Assembly: GCF_002113885.1 (NCBI RefSeq)
Contig: NW_018404519.1
Span: 224,656-288,655 of the forward strand
Direction: 5' to 3'
Length of the DNA stretch: 64,000 bases
DNA from: Mizuhopecten yessoensis
Lineage: Eukaryota
In this document: piece by piece, positions 54,691 to 64,000 of the stretch
Layout: each line of letters starts with the position of its first letter
Position numbering within the stretch: the first letter of the stretch is position 1
Notes under the pieces: model-generated
Database searches by the model: none
Told to the model about the DNA's origin: nothing
The model's input: only the letters and a program-made list of their open reading frames with translations
Translations under genes and position numbers: made by a program

Positions 54691-57600
54691 GGTTTGTACT
54701 TAATTCTGGATTTAAGTTATGCTGGATTTCCGTTTTGTGATAAATTTCACAGAATGGAAATAGATGAACATGGCCACAAGAAACCGAATGAGTTTCAATT
54801 GTTTGACTTATTTCCCTTCTCTCATCGGCCAAGCCAACACTTAAAAGCCTACTCAGAACATCTTCAGTATATAGGCAGTGAGATTTTAACCTTATTTGGT
54901 ATAACAGATTTCTTGGCCGAGGGGGACAGAGTGTTGTATATTATATAATCCAGAGGGGTGGGGCCCAATCATGGAAATCTTTCACTTTTCCTTCAGTATG
55001 AGGAAAGCTATAAATTACTTGTTCACCCCATTCATATTAAACTGGACTTGCCCAATCTTTGATTTGGTAAGGTTCCAATGTGACTATAGGGGTGAATTGG
55101 TTTTCTTACACTTCATGACAACATACACATGACATGTACAGTTTTCAGGACCTCTGCTTCAATGTCTACAATAGTGGTAATACAATAAACCATATGCATT
55201 ATTAGTTTTGAAATTGTGATTTTATTTTAGATTTCACATTACATGTATAGACTCTTTGGAGGTAACACATTCACATAAATGGAATCAAAAATGTGCAAAA
55301 AACTTAGACAAAGACAGATAATGCTACACTCGTTCAGTGTTGGAACATGTAGATACACATGAATTAACTCTTTCTTGTACTCGACCCTGAAAACTTTTCA
55401 TCATTCACAGTGATGTATCGCATATGAAATAATGTTGTTAAAGATTGATGCGTCTAAATAGTTGAAATGAAAAAATATTGGCAGTGCTGATTTTTATGAA
55501 TAAATAGATGATCACTTCGAAAACTTTTCAAGTGAATGTTCATAAGTTAACAGACAAATTATTACACATAAAAATTCTCTTGGAGCCTGCTAGTAGACCG
55601 GGAGCCAACATATGGTAGTTGAAGACAGTTTTGTTTATAATCAAAAGGAAGTAAATTCTTGGTTTTGAAAAAGATTTTTTGTTATACAAACCTGAAACTA
55701 GTTGTTTCACAATTTGAAAAGAAATCGATATCACAAAATTTCATGAATTTTCAAAACACACAAATGCATGAAAAACGAGTTTCATTAAAGAATTTATCTA
55801 GTCTGGTGTAAAGATATTTATCATTTTTCACCTATGTCTGAATAACGAATACATTAACATCTCGAAGTGAACCATTACCTACGTATACACTCGCCAATCA
55901 CACAAGCAAAACTCAAGTTATGAAAATAAACCAACCTTACACAAATATCTTTAATTTTTTTCCCCAATCAATAAGCATACACCATATAATCTTGCTATCA
56001 ATACGCAAACAATGGGGGTCTGGGATTTTTTACATTGAATAATAATAAAAAAAATCTTTGCACCTTTAAACCACAAAAAACAACATATATGCTGCATCAC
56101 AAAAGAGGACTGAAGGGAATATTGTAATCAGGGGGGACAACCCGCAGCTGAAATCTGCACCTGTACCATTAGTTGATACACAATAGTTAAAGATAAGCAT
56201 AACTTTATAAATATTTAAAGATAAGCATAATTTTATCACCTATCCCTCTGAGCCACCAAACAATTAAGAGATAGAAATAAGATAAATAGGAAATCTATAA
56301 TCAGTCTTTCAATTAGAATTAAAAAGACCGTACATGTACAATGTATATGATTCAAGCATGTCTTTTCATACAACACACAAATCATTCATCCATCATTTTC
56401 TCAACATAATGTGTGTAAAATTTGTTTTTCAAACTACAAAAAAACGGCAATGAAACATCACTAAATGTTGTTAACAAAATATTGAGTATCGCCACTAAAT
56501 ATGTGCACAGGATTTTTTTCAGAATCTGCAATCATTAATTGTACAGAAAACTAAATGTCAAACGAAGTTGATAACCTTACACATTTGTTTCTAAGTCAAT
56601 TTCACACAGACATACAAAACTTAATCCTCTCTAAATAAAATCTATTCATATGTATCCGCTGATGCAGTGTTGTATTTTGAAAATATCCCAACAGTGAATA
56701 TTTTGAAAGTGTCTCATTTTTTATGCATACTTTTCCTCAAATAAATTAAACAAATCTCGGGTTATATTGATTGTGAAATCCAGGAAATTATTTCTTTGAC
56801 TAGCACTAATACACATTTCTTAAAATACTAAATTTCAGTAATTGTGTGATGATATTTTAATACTTCTAAGTGATATTATAAACTAAACCATGGAAGTTTG
56901 TAACACAAACAATTTGTTTTAATCAAAATATACCAGTATGTCAGTTTATGGCGACATCCAATCTGGTGCAAATCATGAGGTGAATGTTGCTGCTAAGTCA
57001 AGACATCGGTATCATGTGTATATGATAGATATTCCATGTAAAAAAGCAGTCATGTAATTTGTCTATTCCATGGCATTTCATGAGCAACTGTCATCAAAAC
57101 GAAGACAACAGCCTGACATGCTCTATGAACTGATGATGTCAAATTTTAGCCTCTCAATATTTTTATTTTTATATTAATATTCATTTGGGAGAAAATATTT
57201 GTTCATAAGTGTGTTCAAGATTAGGAAATTCCATCCTTGAGATCCTTTGGGAGCAAAACCCCAAGTACAGATTCAGATATTACTTCATAACCACTGTGAT
57301 GGAATTTCTCAATATCCTATAACACACATGAAAGATTCTTTGAACAACTATTGAACATAAGCTACCAGCTACCAGTATTTTAATATTTAAGTTGTCCTCA
57401 CATGTTCAATGTTTCTCCATTACAAATTCACCAGGAAGCTGTTGCATTTTTTTCACATTTTATTGAAACCAAATATGTATTTAATAGTTGATTTTAGGTG
57501 GCTTAGATATTTTTAGCGCTAGCAAAATACAGTCTGTGAACAATATATTCTCCAAAACATTTTAAAATTGTGTTTTTCAAAAAGATATGCATCAAACTAT

Positions 57601-57706
57601 CCAGGTAAAGTACATGTGAAGAAGCAACCTAGCCACCTAGTGGACATGGCGTCGCAGTTCTAAAAGGACACTTGTTAATGTTAACGTTCTATCTAAAACC
57701 TACTTC

Positions 57707-61059
<3,353 letters not shown>

Positions 61060-61596
61060 CTTGTAATTATTAACCGGCTTTGACAACACGTATGCTTGTC
61101 CACACGCAACAGGATGCCACGTAAAGTTACGAAGTACGCAGGCGCAGGTGCACCGCAACCAACATTTCCTGTTCAATTGATAAATCAGCCTCCTTTAATT
61201 CTACTTTTGGCATTGCAGAGGAAATGCGAATGCCTAATATTAAAGAGAAAAATATCAATATTTGAACCAAATAGTTTAATATTGCATTTAATGGGCATAT
61301 TTGTAAGCATATCTGTGAGTAATGAAAAAGGTAGATATTATCGAACGGACTATCTGACTATCTCTCTTTCTTAATGTAAAATTCAGAGGTTGTGCGAAAT
61401 TCTTATTTATAAATAGAAGGCGTGACACTCCATACTCTCCGACATTGAAACGTTTGAACGTATTCATAATTGATAACGTACTTCAAAGCTTTTCAACTGC
61501 TCAGTCAAATCAATGGGTCGGTCAGGTGCTCGAAGGAGGAAGGTTTCTGACATATTCATGTAATAGGAGGAAATATCGTATAATGCTGACGATCAA
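61060..61596. promoter_or_regulatory. Divergent (probably bidirectional) promoter region between TMED2 and the RILP-like gene
   Basis: 537 bp between divergent ATGs; locally CpG-richer, with an NRF1-like TACGCAGGCGCA at ~61135-61146. Confidence 0.55.
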
Positions 61597-61899
61597 ATGG
61601 AGCCTTATATCGAAAGAAGAGATATAATGGCAGACGAAACAATAGATAATATATCTGTGGTAGACGTGTACGACCAAGCGGCAGGGATTGGAAAAGAATT
61701 CGAAAAATTGATCGAGGGTTATGGCGTTGAGGCGGTGACAGATTTAATGCCTAAAGTCATCAAATCTTTAGAACAATTAGAGACGCTTGCTGCTCGATAT
61801 GAAAAAGAGACCAATGAGATTTCAGACTTGAAATTTCTAATAGAAAAACTTGAAGTAGAAAAGAATGAAAAACAACAAGAAAGACTGCGATATGAAGAG
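61597..61899 (+). CDS. RILPL1: First coding exon of a RILP/RILP-like protein (RH1 domain); 3'-partial
   Basis: ISVVDVYDQAAGIGKEFEKLIEGYGVEAVTDLMPKVIKSLEQLETLA is the RH1 signature of the RILP/RILPL family; donor GAG|gttcgg after 61899; alternative start ATG at 61627. Probably a single invertebrate homolog, so the symbol is approximate (RH1 also occurs in JIP3/4). Confidence 0.85.
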
Positions 61900-64000
61900 G
61901 TTCGGTTTCAAATCAGTTAAAGGGATTTAATGTAAACAAACTCCTCCTGACAGGGCTGATATTATCAAATTTTGTTCTCAAATCCCGGGCTAATTTATAT
62001 ACGAGATCGATATGCATGTGTTTTGATTGATCAATATGTTCTTATTATCTTTAATATATTTTAAAACAGCTGTTATAAACTTTGTACTGACAAGTCTTTT
62101 ACTGTTAAAATGTTTCAATTTAATATATGATGCTAACTACTTTGAGCACATTCCTCATTTGTCAAATACGTAAATCTGTAATAGGAATATTTGACAGTTG
62201 AGCTGAGTGGGTGCGACAAGTCACCGAAACGAACCGAAAGAAGGTCGAAATGGAAACAAAAATTGATTTTAAGGGAATTCAATACTGTTTAGATTGTGTG
62301 TGACCGAAACGGACCCCGATCGGAACCGGAACGAAAGTGTATTTTTTTTCTTTAATTTGAGCTGTGTTTCTTTATTCCTCGTGTATAATTCAGTGACGAG
62401 ACATCACATGTCTTGTTACGTAACATTATTTTCCCCCTTTTATTATTTTTTCTCCATTGGATTTCTTGACTGACATTTTGATTTTATTTTCAATATATTT
62501 AACGCTTATCCATACTTATCTCAGCAAAAAGAATACTTGTGACGGTATAGACACAATGTTAAATTTTGTGTAAATGGTTTTAAGTTTTATAAACATTGTC
62601 AACATAATTGTGTTCTATTTGTATACCGAATTTTTGGAAATGGGAGAGGAGAGTCTTCTTAGTTTTCCCTCTTAATTTTTTAAAATTTTGTCTAGAGAAT
62701 GTGAAATTATGGCACATTTGAAGCTGTAGAACAAATCATTATATCATACTGTAAAAGGAACTGAATTGAAAAATGGAATACTTTGAAAGCATGTCACTGT
62801 TGAAAAGAAGACAACGAAATTAAATAAAATTAACGTTTTAATATATATAAACAGGCAAATTAAACAATACATATATATAAGATGTATGTTAAAAATTAAA
62901 TTTTACGAACAAATATTAAATTAGAAATATAAAGATTGCATCAGAAATATAACATTACATGAGAAATAAAAACATTACATAAGAAATATAACATGGACCT
63001 TTTCGTAAAAAAATATGTAAATCTATATTCCGAAAGCATCAGCTACACATTGCATGCACCCAGGGCTTGGGATCGCGGACCCTGCTTCTTAAGGTGGCTC
63101 CACACTTTCGCAATTAACCAGCAAAATTCGTTGAAACTTTCATATAATTGTTATGCAACTATGTCGAGTTGATTTTATCAAAATCTAAACATTCCGATAG
63201 TTTGGGGAATTTTTTGGAAAAAATACCAAAAAATTGAATTTTCGTCAATTCTAATATTTTCCGTTTTTTTCATGTGTGGCATTGTTCTGAACAATAACAA
63301 CAATAATAAAATGAAAAGAAGCATTTCTAATTAACCCTACAAATATTTTATTTATCGCAAAATATGTAACACATGTTACACAAAGTGTTTTTTATTGATA
63401 AAAGTACGGATAAAAGTGATTATCTACAAGCTAAAAGCACCCAGGACACAAAGTTCTATACATATAGAGTGGGAAATTGAACAAAATATACACAATGGCT
63501 TTATAATTAATTTATCTTACATTTTACAATCACTTTGATCCGGGTGAGAGTTATCTTCCTTGAAAAAAATCGGAACTTTTTGCAGAGGGGTGACATTTAC
63601 ACAATGACAGTTGTCTCTGTTTACATATAACAAAAATGATGGAAATAAATCAAAAATATGATATCAAAATTATCAATTTATTGTTCTTTAATGGAACCAA
63701 ATTACCCTCAGTCATGTACACTTTGGACATCATTCCACAGTCCGCTAACTCACGGTATATTTATAATTACATGTCAGACCAGAGGCTATCGCATGGTATA
63801 CCGTTCTCACGTGCACTCACACATGCCTTTCATAGGTATCTTGATATTTTACAAAACATTATTTTCACAGAGTAAGCTAGTAGATTACATTTGTTAACAC
63901 GATTTAATCGACAGAGCGGAACTCCCTCAACAGCGAAAATCGTAACGACCTCGAGCTTATGAACTCGTGTAAACACGCGATATGCACATGTGAGGTTGGT

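Noticed and set aside
61060-61176. Upstream extension of the TMED2 ORF (MNRKCWLRC...)
   Set aside because: Non-ATG start; the ATG at 61059 directly precedes a normal signal peptide and gives a canonical ~204-aa p24 protein.
63088-64000. Possible TTAA-flanked DNA transposon starting TTAAGGTGGCTCCACAC
   Set aside because: No matching inverted terminus or coding remnant is visible within the window, so it cannot be supported.

Overview
Animal genomic DNA: AT-rich, spliceosomal GT-AG introns and dense repeats. The repeat families (HINE/pearl-like elements, V-domain SINEs) and a RING-less B-box gene suggest a bivalve mollusc, which is an inference. Genes reconstructed by hand: (1) the terminal coding exon of an unidentified Ser-rich protein (<2..1570, +); (2) complete 10-exon GLOD4 (13718..40565, -; 294 aa); (3) a B-box/coiled-coil/beta-propeller (TRIM-like) gene with an uninterrupted CDS, nested antisense in GLOD4 intron 6; (4) 4-exon MRM3/RNMTL1 (40713..52138, +), head-to-head with GLOD4 and carrying a repeat-derived C-terminal tail; (5) 4-exon TMED2 (57707..61059, -); (6) the first coding exon of a RILP/RILPL-family gene (61597.., +), head-to-head with TMED2. 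Both divergent pairs match human gene neighbourhoods (GLOD4-MRM3 at 17p13.3; RILPL1-TMED2 at 12q24.31). Introns hold a near full-length decayed CR1/L2-group LINE (SGNH-like ORF1, degenerate 2A-like motif, PHD, APE, RT) inserted into a SINE. They also hold many Helentron-associated non-autonomous elements with internal tandem arrays, MITEs and minisatellites; one minisatellite visibly derives from LINE coding sequence. There is one assembly gap (46494..47400). No CRISPR array, rRNA or functional tRNA was found, and nothing here clearly amounts to a wholly new biological system.
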